This document shows, piece by piece, positions 46,252-58,275 of a stretch of DNA of 64,000 bases; position 1 is the stretch's first letter, and each line of letters begins with the position of its first letter. Origin of the DNA: Squalus acanthias (Eukaryota); contig CM059438.1 of the NCBI GenBank assembly GCA_030390025.1, positions 66,404,001 to 66,468,000 on the forward strand, written 5' to 3'. The position numbers and the translations under genes are program-made. The notes below the pieces were generated by a model, which saw nothing but the letters and a program-made list of their open reading frames with translations, searched no databases and was not told where the DNA came from.

Positions 46252-48510
46252 TCACGTCATGTATCGTGACATAAACCCAAGATCCCGGTTGAGACCGTCT
46301 TCATGAGTGCGGAACTTGGCTATCAGTTTCTGCTCGATGATTTTGCGTTGTCGTGTGTTCCTAAGGTTGCCTTGGAGAACGCTTACCCGCAGATCCGAGG
46401 CTGAATGTCCTTGACTGCTGAAGTGTTCCCCGACTGGGAGGTAACAATCCTGCCTGGTGATTGTTGCACGGTGCTCGTTCATACGTTGTCTCAGTGTCTG
46501 CATGGTCTCGCCGATGTACCATGCCGCGGTGCATTCTTTCCTGCAACGTATGAGGTAGACAACGTTGGCCGAGTCACATGAGTATGTACCATGTACCTGG
46601 TGGGTAGTGTCCTCACGTGTGATGGTGGTATCTGTGTTGATGATCTGGCATGTCTTGCAGAGTTTGCCGTGGCAGGGTTGTGTGGTGTCGTGGTCGCTGT
46701 TATCCTGAAAGCTGGGTAATTTGCTGCGAACGATGGTACTTCTGAGGTTAGGCGGCTGTTTGAAGGCAAGTAGTGGAGGCGTGGGGATGGCCTTAGCGAG
46801 GTGTTTGTCGTCATCGATGACATGTTGAAGGCTGCGAAGAACATGGTGTAGTTTCTCCGCTCCGGGGAAGTACTGGACGACGTAGGGTACCCTGTTGGTT
46901 GTGTCCCGTGTTTGCCTTCTGAGGAGGTCTATGCGATTTTTCGCTGTGGCCCGTCGGAACTGTCGATCGATGAGTCGAGCGTCATATCCCGTTCTTACGA
47001 GGGCGTTTTTCAGCGTCCGTAGGTGTCCATCGCGTTCCTCCTCGTCTGAGCAGATCCTGTGTATTCGCAGGGCTTGTCCATAGGGGATGGCTTCTTTAAC
47101 GTGGTTAGGGTGGAAGCTGGAGAAGTGGAGCATCGTGAGGTTGTCCGTGGGCTTGCGGTAGAGTGAAGTGCTGAGGTGTCCGTCTTTGATGGAGATTCGT
47201 GTGTCCAGGAATGAAACCGATTCTGAGGAGTAGTCCATGGTGAGTTTGATGGTGGGATGGAACTTGTTTATGTTATCGTGTAGTCTTTTCAGTGATCCTT
47301 CGCCATGGGTCCAAAGGAAGAAAATGTCGTCGATGTATCTGGTGTACAGCGTTGGCTGGAGGTCCTGTGCAGCGAAGAAGTCTTGCTCGAACTTGTGCAT
47401 GAAGATGTTGGCGTATTGGGGTGCGAATTTGGTCCCCATGGCTGTTCCGTGTGTTTGGGTAAAAAAATGGTTGTCGAAGGTGAAGACATTGTGGTCAAGG
47501 ATGAAGCGGATGAGTTGTAGGATGGCGTCTGGAGATTGGCTGTTGGTGTTGAGTACTGAGGCTGTCGCAGCGATGCTGTCATCGTGGGGGATACTGGTGT
47601 AGAGTGCCGATACATCCATCGTGGCGAGGAGTGTTCCTGGTTCAACTGGTCCGTGGGTGCTGAGTTTCTGTAAGAAGTCTGTAGTGTCGCGACAGAAGCT
47701 GGGGGTTCCCTGTACGATGGGTTTCAGAATGCCCGCGACGTATCCAGAGAGGTTCTCACACAGGGTTCCATTGCCTGATACGATAGGACGTCCGGGTGTG
47801 TTGGCTTTGTGTATCTTTGGGAGGCAGTAGAAGTCTCCCACGCGGGGAGTACGTGGGATGAGAGCGCGTAGGATGTTTTGAAGGTCTGGATCGAAGGTCT
47901 TGATCAGTCTATTGAGTTGGCGGGTGTGTTCTTTGGTCGGATCTGCGGGTAGCTGTCTGTAGTGTTCCTGGTTGTCCAGTTGTCGGTATGCTTCTTTACA
48001 ATAGTCCGTTCTGTTCTGTATGACGATGGCTCCTCCTTTGTCCGCTGGTTTGATGACGATGTTGCGGTTGGTCTTGAGAGCGTGGATGGCGTTGCGTTGT
48101 GCTCAAGTGACAGTCTGGACTGTCTTGTGAGTGCGGCTGATGAATCTGGCGTTGATGCATCTCCTGACCGCTTGAGCATACATGTCAAGCTTGGGGCATC
48201 GACCCTCCGGAGGGGTCCAGTTTGACTCTTTTTTCTTCGGTTGCTGCACTGCGAGTCCCTCTGTCTGCTGTTCTGGATCATTGATTGTCTCATTGGGTTT
48301 GTTGCTGACATCTTGGGATTTGTGGAAGTATTCCCGGAGCCTCATTCTCCTGATGAATTCCTCCGTGTCTGCCGCGAGACCGATGGGGTCCATTTTGGTG
48401 GTTGGGCAGAACTTGAGCCCTAGGGCGAGAACTTCGATTTCGTCTGGTTGAAGGGTATGGTCGGACAAGTTGACGATGGACTTCCCTGTGGTTGCAGCCG
48501 TGGTACCGGG
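46252..48510 (-). pseudogene. PLE reverse transcriptase + GIY-YIG endonuclease, one frame with a single in-frame TGA at 48103-48105
   Basis: IVNLSD..LALGLKFCP, IKPADKGG, FYCLPKIHK..GRPIVS, MDVSALYTSIP, GTAMG, RYIDDIF, FLDT, LYRKPT, CxxC, NVVYLIRC..YIGET..RMNEH, GLNRD. Confidence 0.95.
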
Positions 48511-48659
48511 GGAGGCTTGGACACTGCCTTCAGGAAAGAAGTGTTTTAAGAGTTCTGTTGGAGACATGATGCCACATTGCAAATCACATCAGCCATTGTT
48601 TGTGCGGGCCTCTTTCATCACAAAGATAACTGGAGCTTTTCTGGTTCTCTCCCCCTGAT

Positions 48660-50124
48660 GGTGGAGGTGTGCGGGCTGGCGGTGGAGGTGTGCGGGCTGG
48701 CGGTGGAGGTGCGCGGGCAGGCGGTGGAGGTGCGCGGGCAGGCAGTGGAGGTGTGCGGGCTGCCGTTGGAGTCGTGCGTGCTGGCGGTGGAGCCGTGCGG
48801 GCAGACGGTGGAGGTGTGCGGGCAGACGGTGGAGGTGTGCGGGCTGGCGGTGGAGCCGTGCGGGCTGGCGGTGGAGGTGTGCGGGCAGACGGTGGAGGTG
48901 TGTGGGCAGAAGGTGGAGGTGTGCGAGCTGGCGGTGGAGCCGTGCGGGCTGGCGGTGGAGCCGTGCGGGCTGGCGGTGAAGCCGTGCGGGCTGGCGGTGG
49001 AGCCGTGCGGGCAGGCGATCGAACCGTGCGGTCTGACGGTGGAGGTGTGCAGGCTGGCGGTGGAGGTGTGCGGGCTGGGGGTGGAGGTGTGCGGGCTGGG
49101 GGTGGAGGTGTGCGGGCTGGGGGTGGAGGTGTGCGGGCTGACGGTGGAGGTGTGCGGGCTGGGGGTGGAGGTATGTGGGCTGGGGGTGGAGGTGTGTGGG
49201 CTGGCGGTGGAACCGTGCGGTCTGACGGTGGAGGTGTGCGGGCTGGGGGTGGAGGTGCGCGGGCTGGCGGTGGAACCGTGCGGTCTGACGGTGGAGGTGT
49301 GTGGGCTGGGGGTGGAGGTGTGTGGGCTGGTGGTGGAAGTGTGCGGGCTGGGGGTGGAGGTGTGCGGGCTGGGGGTGGAGGTGTGCGGGCTGGGAGTGGA
49401 ACCGTGCGGTCTGACGGTGGAGGTGTGCGGGCAGGCGGTGGAGGTGTGCGGGCAGGCGGTGGAGGTGTGCGGGCAGGCGGTGGAGGTGTGCGGTCTGACG
49501 GTGGAGGTGTGCGGGCAGGCGGTGGAGGTGTGCGGGCAGGCGGTGGAGGTGTGCGGGCAGGCGGTGGAGGTGTGCGGGCTGACGGTGGAGGTGTGCGGGC
49601 TGGGGGTGGAGGTGTGCGGGCTGGCGGTGGAACCGTGCGGTCTGACGGTGGAGGTGTGCGGGCTGGGGGTGGAGGTGTGTGGGCTGGTGGTGGAAGTGTG
49701 CGGGCAGGTGGTGGAGGTGTGCGGGCAGGCGGTGGAGGTGTGCGGGCAGGCGGTGGAGGTGTGCGGTCTGACGGTGGAGGTGTGCGGGCTGGGGGTGGAG
49801 GTGTGCGGGCAGGCGGTGGAGGTGTGCGGGCTGGCGGTGGAGGTGTGCGGGCTGACGGTGGAGGTGTGCGGGCTGGGGGTGGAGGTGTGCGGGCTGGGGG
49901 TGGAGGTGTGCGGGCTGGGAGTGGAACCGTGCGGTCTGACGGTGGAGGTGTGCGGGCAGGCGGTGGAGGTGTGCGGGCAGGCGGTGGAGGTGTGCGGGCA
50001 GGCGGTGGAGGTGTGCGGTCTGACGGTGGAGGTGTGCGGGCAGGCGGTGGAGGTGTGCGGGCAGGCGGTGGAGGTGTGCGGGCTGACGGTGGAGGTGTGC
50101 GGGCTGGGGGTGGAGGTGTGCGGG
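48660..50124. repeat. 21-bp G-rich minisatellite, about 70 copies
   Basis: Unit GGTGGAGGTGTGCGGGC(T/A)GGC with variants; in-phase unit produces about 500-aa low-complexity ORFs on both strands. Confidence 0.97.
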
Positions 50125-51647
50125 TTCGAGCCCACTTTGCATGGAGTTGCCTAAGTGTTTGTGTGTGGTGACGGATGGAAAAGTGGGTTGTGGACTTGCT
50201 GCTTTCACGAGATAGTTGTTGCCTGCCTCCTAGTGGCTAAACATAAGTGGGATTGACAATGTTCTGGGAGTAAACTCCCTCTCCACCACAGAGGGACATG
50301 GACTGACATGGGGGGTGGGGGCACTTTGGGTAAAGGAGGAGTGGAGGGGAGGGGGGACGAAGGGATACGTAAGCCCCTCACATTCAATAATTGTGCGGTA
50401 GGAGTATTATTATGCTGACACACTGAAAAAGATGGAGTAATTTTAAGTCTGGTATATTCTGGAGTATTTTGTAAACAGCATTTAAATATTTTTCGCAACT
50501 ATTTCCAAATTGAATCTGCTCAGCTAATATGTTTATTTGCTGTGTGCACCAGCCAGTGCCAAATGTTTGCTCCAGTACTTTTCTTCTTGTACATAGAATT
50601 AGGTTTAATTGACAGTCACGGTGTGTGTAATTTATTGGAAGTTTTCTGTAGGTCAGTGTGCAGTGCCATCCTACCTACTGGTAATCATGTTCAGACACTG
50701 ATGCTAATTTATGGTAATTTCTGTGTTTGAATCCAAAAATATTTTTATATTAGACATCATGTACCTCAGGGCTAACAAAAAATTGCCACGACGCAAAATG
50801 GATTTAATTAAAACTCCCACACCGACTTAGATGAGATTTGCAATGTTTGCTACAGATTCAGAATTTAACCCTACACCTTTGCCAGGAGACTTACTTTCAG
50901 CAAGCTTAGACTATTTAAATGGAATGCTCTCTAGCACCGCACTCTAACAGTTGTTCCTCAAGAGCTCATTAGAAATTGCAGGGCCGTGTAAAATTTGCAC
51001 AACCAGTTAGTGACATGGTCGTAAATGTAAACAAATGGACAGTTGGGAGCACGGTTTGCTCTGGGATCTTATTTTTATTCAGTTTGGCTGGCAGTCCAGT
51101 TCGAACAGCTTGAATTCTTTCTCTCGTGTCTTCCTGGAGTGACAGCGCTTCCCCTGGATGGTGAGACATATGGCCGATCCTGACGTGGTTTCGGAGTGAA
51201 GACATGGCCGGGATCTAATTTAGGGAGTCGACTGACGCAATGAACTGCGAGAGGGAGGCCCCCTCCAGTTTAGAACAGCCATATGAATCTCGACAACTTG
51301 GGCTTGCTTCTCATGTTTGACGTGCGATTATGCCATATCTGTCGAATAACAAAGGACTATTTAAAACTGCGTGGTGTGTATCCTGAAAGATGAAGACATT
51401 GAGGGCCACAGGACGTATCATGCAGCTATAGACGCAAGACTGAGTGATTATGTAAACTGGATATATTCTCACTGGAAAAGAGAAGGTTGCGAAATGATAT
51501 GATTCTTCATTTTCGGATCCTAACGGGACTAGATAATGTAGACTATAGTAAAATATTTCACCTTGTCCAGAACAGTAGAATCAGAGGACACAGCCTCCGC
51601 TTGAAGAGGGGTGGGGGGTAAATTCAAAACTAATCTGCAGAAACAAT

Positions 51648-52870
51648 GGCTGGAATTTTCATTACCTTGGTGGGTCGGGTGCAGGCGGTCGGCATGGTGA
51701 CTCGCAACCCCGTTCTTCTTTTCATCCTGCTCCTCAGAACGACTTTCTCTTAATGGCGCCTATTAAGGCAGGCCTGCACGTTACCCGGCCCTATTAAATG
51801 TTGCGGGTCTGATGACTTCATCGATGATGCATTTCCAGCCGGGATATTTAAAGTAGCCTTGGCCACATTGCATTTGAAAGTTCATCTAGGAGTGTGAAGG
51901 CAGTACATATCACCATCTGGTTATTGCTCAGCCTTGCACAGATGGCTTTACAGAGACAGAGGGCTGCACCCAGGTTCTCAGATGACTCCCTCCATATGCT
52001 TGTGGAGGGAGTCAGAGCAGGCAGGGAGGTCCTCTTCCCTTCTGATGGGCGCAAGAGACCTCCTCAGGAGACCAAAAGAGCCTGGCTCCACATTGCAGAG
52101 GAGGTCAATAGCTCGGATGTGGTGAGGAGGACCTGGGTGCAGTGCCGGAAGCGCTTCAATGATCTCATTAGATCAGGAAAGGTGAGTGCAAAGCCACACT
52201 CAACTTCATCCTGATGTGCCTGTCATCACATCCCCATCACTCTGCCTTCCCAAGCCTGCTCCTGCACATCATTCCTCACACCAACATATCTTGCACGTCC
52301 ACCCATCCCTCTCTCTCTATCTACATACTCACATCCCCATCTGACTAACCACCCCCACACTTACCCTCATCCTAATGCAATCATATCCACTAACAAAACA
52401 CAAGGAGGCCATTTTGCATTGGCACTTCGGCATTGGCACCCCACTCCCTCATAGTCACCCTCTGAAGATGTCACCCACACATTCCTTACAGAGGAGGTTG
52501 CCCTGGAGGTCTCAGGAGTCGCAGAGCAGCTGGCGGTGGGAGACGGAGAGAGGAGGAACTCTCAGCAACCTGGTGACAGAATTATATCTCATACAGCCAC
52601 ATAGCATAGAGCAGTCATTCATATGGGGACTGACGTCAGCAGCCAGTGAATGTTCATCATGTGCATAATGGTATCGTTACCCATTCTTGATATTACATTT
52701 CTAAACCATCTCTTTACTCTCCCACAGGTCCATCAAGAGCCCCCCCAACTGTCCAGGTGGAAGAGGAAGACGACTCCTCAGAGGAGCCTCCAGCCTCTGA
52801 GGGTGCTCCGTCAGCAGACCTAAGCGCACCCAGCACCAGCGCAGATACGCACACCTAGGTGGGTACTACA
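51648..52870 (+). mobile_element. PIF/Harbinger copy D: left end plus Myb exon 1 (51942-52181, intact), partial exon 2 and start of exon 3
   Basis: GGCTGGAATTTTC end; MALQRQRAAPRFSDDSL..QCRKRFNDLIRSGK|gtgagt; collinear with 11434-12770. Confidence 0.9.
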
Positions 52871-52874
52871 CAAT

Positions 52875-55222
52875 AGAGCCATTTAGCCCCTCGAGCCTGT
52901 TCCGCCATTCAATGAGATCATGGCTGATCTGTGATCTAACTCCATATACCTGCCTTTGGCCCATATCCCTTAATACCTTTGGTTAACAGAAAGCTATCCT
53001 AGAATCCCCAACCAGCTGAAATAGTTTCTCCCTATCTACCCTATCAGTTCCCCATAATATTTTGAAAACTTTGAACAGACCACCTCTTAACCTTCTAAAT
53101 TCTAGTGAATACAACCATAATTTGTGTAATCTCTCCTCATAACTTATCCCTTGAAATCCGGGTATCATTCTGGTAAATGTACACTCCCTCCAAGGCCACT
53201 CCTAAGGTGTGGTGCCCAGAACTGCTCACAGTACTCCAGGTGTGGTCTAACCAGGGTTTTGTACAGCTTTAGCATAACTTCTACCTCCTTGTATTCTAGT
53301 CCTCTAGATGTAAAAACCAGCATTCCATTAACCTTTTTGATTATTTTCTGTACCTGTTCATGACATTTTAATGATCTATGTACCTGAACCCCCAAGCCTC
53401 TTTGGACATCCACTGTTTTTTTTAGCTTTTTACCATTTAGAAAGTACCCTGTTCTATCCATTTTAGGTCCAAAGTGGATGACCACATATTTGCTTACATT
53501 GAAATCCATTTTTCACAGTTTTGCCCAGTCACTGAATTTATCAATATCCCTTTGTAATTTTATGCCTTCATCTACATTGCCTACAATGCTGCCTATCTTT
53601 GTGTCATCAGCAAATTTGGATATATGATTTCTATGCCATCATCTAAGTCATTAATAAATATTGTGAATCATTTGAGGCCCCAACACAGATCCCTGCGGGA
53701 CACCACTCGTCACATCCTGCCAATTTGAGTACCTACCCATTATCCCTACTGCCTGTCTCCTGCCGCTCAGCCAATTTCCTAACCAGGTCAATAATTTGCC
53801 TTCAATTCCATGGGCTTCTACCTTAAATAACAGTCTCTTATGTGGGACTTAATCAAATGCCTTCTGGAAGTCCATGTAAATAACATCCATAGACATTACC
53901 CTGTCCACTGCTTTAGTCACCTCTTCAAAAAATGCAATCAGGTTTGTTAGGCATGACCTACCTTTCACAAATCCATGCTGGCTCTCTCTGATCAACTGAA
54001 AATTTTTGAGGTGTTCAGTCACCCTATCCTTAATTATAGACTCGAGTGATTTCACGACAACAGATGTTAGGCTAACTGGTCTATAATTCCCTGGTTTCCC
54101 TCTCTCGCCATTCTTAAAAAGCGGGGTGACATGTGCAATTTTCCAATCTAAAGGGACGATTCCTGAATCTAGAGAACTTTGGAAGATTACAGTTAGGGCA
54201 TCTGCACTGTGCTCCTCTACTTCCTTTAAATCTCTGGGATGGAAACCATCTGGCCCTGGGGATTTGTCACTCTTTAGTGCCATTATTTTCATTATTACTG
54301 TTAATTTACTTGTGTTAATTTTATTGAGTCCCTGTCCCCGATTCAAAATTAGTTTCTTTGGGATTTACGTCAAGCTATCCTCTTCTTCTACTGTAAATAC
54401 TGATGCAAGTAATTATTCAACATGTCCGCCATTTCCCCATTGTCATTGACAATATCATCACTTTCAGTTTTTAAGGGGACAACATTGCTCCTGACCACCC
54501 TCTTTTTCCTAATGTAACTAAAAATTCTTCGTATTGATTTTGATATCCCTTGCAAGTTTCTTTTCATGCTCCCTTTTTGTAGCTCTTACTATCTGTTTTG
54601 TGACCCTTTGCTGTTCTTTGTATCTTTCCCATTCGCCAGGATCTGCGCTATTTTTTGCATTTTTGTATGCCCTTTCCTTTAGTTTTATGCTGTCTCTTAC
54701 CTCTTTAGTTCTCCAGGGCTGGGGTTTTTTTTGGCAAGTAGAGCTCTTGCCCCTCAAGGGTAAAAACTGGTTCTGTATCACGTTAAATTCTTTTTTGAAC
54801 ATCTCCCACTGTTCTTTTATCATTTTATCCATAAACAGATTTGCCCAGTTTACTGTGGACAGTCTCTGCCTCATCCCGTTGAAGTTGGCCTTACCTAAAT
54901 CTAAAGTCTTAGTAGCTGTTTCGTGTTTCTCCCTTTCAAACGCTACGTTGAACTCGATCATGTTTTGATCGCTATTGGATAAATGTTCACGCATAGTTAG
55001 GCTGTTAACTAAATCTGGCTCATTACTCATTACTAAATCTAATATGATGTGGAGATGCCGGTGTTGGACTGGGGTGGACAAATGTGAGAAGTCGCACAAC
55101 ACCAGGTTATAGTCCAACAGTTTTAAAGCTTTCGGAGCGCTGCTCCTTCGTCACTTCACATAAATCTAATATGGCTTGCCCCTTTGTTGCCTCTAGGACA
55201 TATTGTTGTCGAAAACTATCCC
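52875..55222 (-). mobile_element. CR1 ORF2 fragment, disrupted
   Basis: KSPGPDGFHPR, YRPVSLTS, SQHGFVKG, MDFQKAFD, LVRPHLEYC. Confidence 0.95.
55045..55160 (-). mobile_element. Short single-arm Penelope family-1 insert
   Basis: Leader identical to 5244; TSD TAAATCTAATA (55034-44 and 55161-71); hammerhead truncated. Confidence 0.9.
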
Positions 55223-55517
55223 GTAAAGGCACTTACCTTTTCCTCCAAGCAGTCCTCGCCTCCCTTTAGCTGTCGGGTTTCCCAAGGCCCGGGATACCCG
55301 GACAGCCAGGGTTATTCCTGTAAGACAGGTTAAATGTGAGGCTCCTAGCCTCATTATAATATTTAAATGGCCAACCTGCCTCCTGGGAGCGGATTGGCTG
55401 CCCGCCCCCGACCTGCCTCCGTTAAATCCGGAAGCATGGGGTCGGTTTTGAGATTTAAATTTTTTTTACATCTCACGCGAACCCAACCCACCCCTTTTTG
55501 GGGGTTAAAATTAATCC
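55223..55517. mobile_element. Right end of a G-rich Harbinger-type MITE
   Basis: Homologous to 10870-11173; ends ttaaaattaatcc followed by AAT. Confidence 0.75.
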
Positions 55518-55954
55518 AATATTTCAGTGAGCAAGTGGTCAACATATGGAAAGAGCTCGAGGGAGAAGATGGAAGCCGTTAGTATTGATTAATTTAAATG
55601 CAAATTAGATAGATTTCCTACAGAAAATAACAGTTTGGGATACAGTATATGAGTAATTTGAGACATGACATGGTGAGTGTAGCATGCTTGAGAGGAACAG
55701 GTGACGTTTGACCTATGCTTCCAAAGGTTCTCTACCATTGGGGTTTTCCTCTCATTATGCCTGGGTCTGTTGTAGAATAATTGATAGAGATTGATTACTA
55801 TAATTAGTCAACAACTACATTATTGTTGTATCATGCGACTACTAGGATGGTAGAAGGTGAACTAGATGGGCCTTGGTCTTTTTCTGTCTAACAATTTCTA
55901 TGTTTAAGAGAATTTGAGAAGTCTCAATAAGTGTGTCCCAGGACTTAATCGAAA

Positions 55955-56417
55955 GGCTTGCATTTATATAGCGCCTTTCACAACCTCAGGAAGTCCCAAA
56001 GCACTTTACAGCCAATGAAGTACTTTTTGAAGTGTAGTCACTGTTGTAATGTAGGAAACATGGCAGCTAAAATTGCGCACAGCAAGCTCCCACAAACAGC
56101 AATGTGATCATGGCCAGATAATCTGCTTTTAGTGATGCTGGTTGAGGGATAAATATTGGCCAGGACACCGGGGATAAAAACCCCTTGCTCTTCTTCAAAA
56201 TAGTGCCATGGGATCTTTTACATCCACCTGAGAGAGCGGACAGGGCCTCAGCTTAATGTCTCATCCGAAAGACAGCACCTCTGACAATGCAGCACTCCCT
56301 CAGCACTGCACTGGAGTGTCAGCCAAAATATTTCTGCTCAAGTCTCTGGAGTGGGACTTGAACCCACCAACCTTCTGACTCAGAGGTGAGAGTGCTATCA
56401 ACTGAGCCATGGCTGAC
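55955..56417 (-). mobile_element. DeuSINE (SacSINE1-like), full length
   Basis: Same family as 28055-28517. Confidence 0.85.
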
Positions 56418-57034
56418 AAAGTTGAAAACCTAGATAATACTATGAAAATGCTTCAGATTAAATGGTGAACCAGCCTCAATCAAAGGATAAAATATTCGGA
56501 CCCATTTTTGTGTCCTCCTGGTATCTACCACAGCTGTGAAATTATATTTGTATCCTTCTGTTCTATTTTCCACCAAGTTTCCTCTTCTTTGGCTGGGAGG
56601 AAGTGACCTTTAGAAACCTCCGCAGACAATATGCCCTTGCTTGGTTGACTGTTCAAGCTGTATTTGAGTGATGGTCATGGTGTTCTTGCTCCCCATATGA
56701 TTGAAGTGAAATTCGTGAACCTCACAATAAAATGGTGGCATTGAAACCTACAACAGGTTTGGATATGGGGAGGTGCCCCCATATGTACGCTTAAGACTCA
56801 AACTCTTGGGTCCTGCTGATGTTTCTTGTATTCTACTGCTGCCTGTCTACCCCAGATTTAAAATTTACTCTTAAATTTGATTGTACATGAGAAGTGAAAT
56901 GCCAACATTTTTTTGGTATAAATTTGCACATTAATTATATATGAGCAATGAGTGCATTTACAGAAAGTGTTTTCAGAGTACGAGGTATGATATTCACAAG
57001 AGTTTGGATTGTAGTGGTAACCCAGTTATCACAG

Positions 57035-58275
57035 ATGTGATGGGATGTGATGATTGAGTAGAATAGGCCTATAATCTCTGGAGTTTAGAAGAATCAGAGA
57101 TGATCTCATTGAAAGATATAAGCTTCTGAGAAAGCTTGAAAGAGGAATGAGATGCTGTTTCCACTAGCTGGAGAGTCTAGAACTACATAGTATTACATAG
57201 GAGATACAGCACAGAAACAGGCCATACGGCCCAACCAGTCCATGCTGGCATTTATGCTCCACTCGAGCCTCCTCCCATCTTTCCTCATCTAACTCTATCA
57301 GCATAACCCTCTATTCCCTTCTCCCTCATATGCTTATCTAGCCTCACTTAAAATGCATCTATACTATTCGCTTTAACCACTCCCTGTGGTAGCGAGTTCA
57401 CATTCTCACCACTCTTTGGGTAAAGAAGTTCCTTCTGAATTCCCTGTTGGATTTCTTGGTGATGATCTTATATTGATGCCCTCTAGTTTTGCTCTTCTCC
57501 ACAAGTGGAAACACTCTCTCTGTATCCACTCTATCAAAACCTTTCATAATTTTAAATACCTCTATTCGGTCTCCCCTCAGCCTTCTCTTTTCAAGAGAAA
57601 AGAGACCCAGCCTGTTCATCGTTTCCTGATAGGTGTACCCTCGCATTTCTGGTATAATCCTTGTAAATTTTTTTTGCACCCTCTCCAGTGCCTCTATATC
57701 CTTTTTATAATATGGCAACCAGAACTGCACACAGTACTCCAAGTGTGGTCTAAACAAGGTTCGATACAAGTTTAGCATAACTTCTCTACTTTTCAATTCA
57801 ATCCCTCTAGAAATAAACCCTAGTGCTTGGTTTGCTTTTTTTATGGCCTTGTTAACGTATGTCGCTACTTTCAGTGATTTGTGTATTTGTACCCCGAGAT
57901 CCCTTTGCTCTTCTGCCCCACTTAGATTTGTAGTTTCCAAGTTATGTGTGACCTCCCTATTTTACCTCACATTAGAGGGCATACTCTCAGGATAAGGGGT
58001 CAACCATTTAGGACTGAGATGAGGACAAATTTCTGCATTCAGACGGTTGTGAATCTTTGGAATTGTCTAACCCACAGGGCTGTGGATGCTCAGTCATTGA
58101 GTATATTCAAGGCTGAGATTGATAGATTTTTGGACTCTAAGGAAATCAAGGGATATGGGGATCGGGTGGGGAAGTGGAGTTGAGGTTGAGGATTAGCCAT
58201 GATCTTATTGAATAGCAGAGCAGGCTCGAAGGGATGTATGGCCTACTCCTGCTCCTAATTCATACGTTTTTATGT
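57035..58275 (+). mobile_element. CR1 3' fragment split by an opposite-strand CR1
   Basis: gagtctagaacta resumes as gagggcatactctcaggataagggg; 3' UTR at about 58185-58275. Confidence 0.85.
57184..57968 (-). mobile_element. CR1 3' fragment of a different subfamily
   Basis: QRDLGVQIH..RPHLEYCVQFW..FFTQRVVRM; distinct 3' UTR with tacatagtattacatag tail. Confidence 0.92.

Larger units (their letters stand above)
45833..48515 (-). mobile_element. Penelope-like element (C-terminal GIY-YIG type), apparently 5'-truncated, young
   Basis: RT+EN frame, 3' UTR and hammerhead-bearing terminal repeat; CpG-rich. Confidence 0.95.
51420..55905 (+). mobile_element. Old CR1 3' fragment (about 51420-51647 and 55518-55905) split by a 3.9-kb insertion
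   Basis: agaatcagaggacacagc...cagaaacaat resumes as atttcagtgagcaagtggtcaacatatggaa. Confidence 0.75.

Noticed and set aside
48577..50208. Four ORFs of 500-539 aa (VEVCG, HLHRQPA, PHTST, GGGVRA repeats)
   Set aside because: All are translations of a stop-free 21-bp minisatellite on both strands; no unique domain or gene context.
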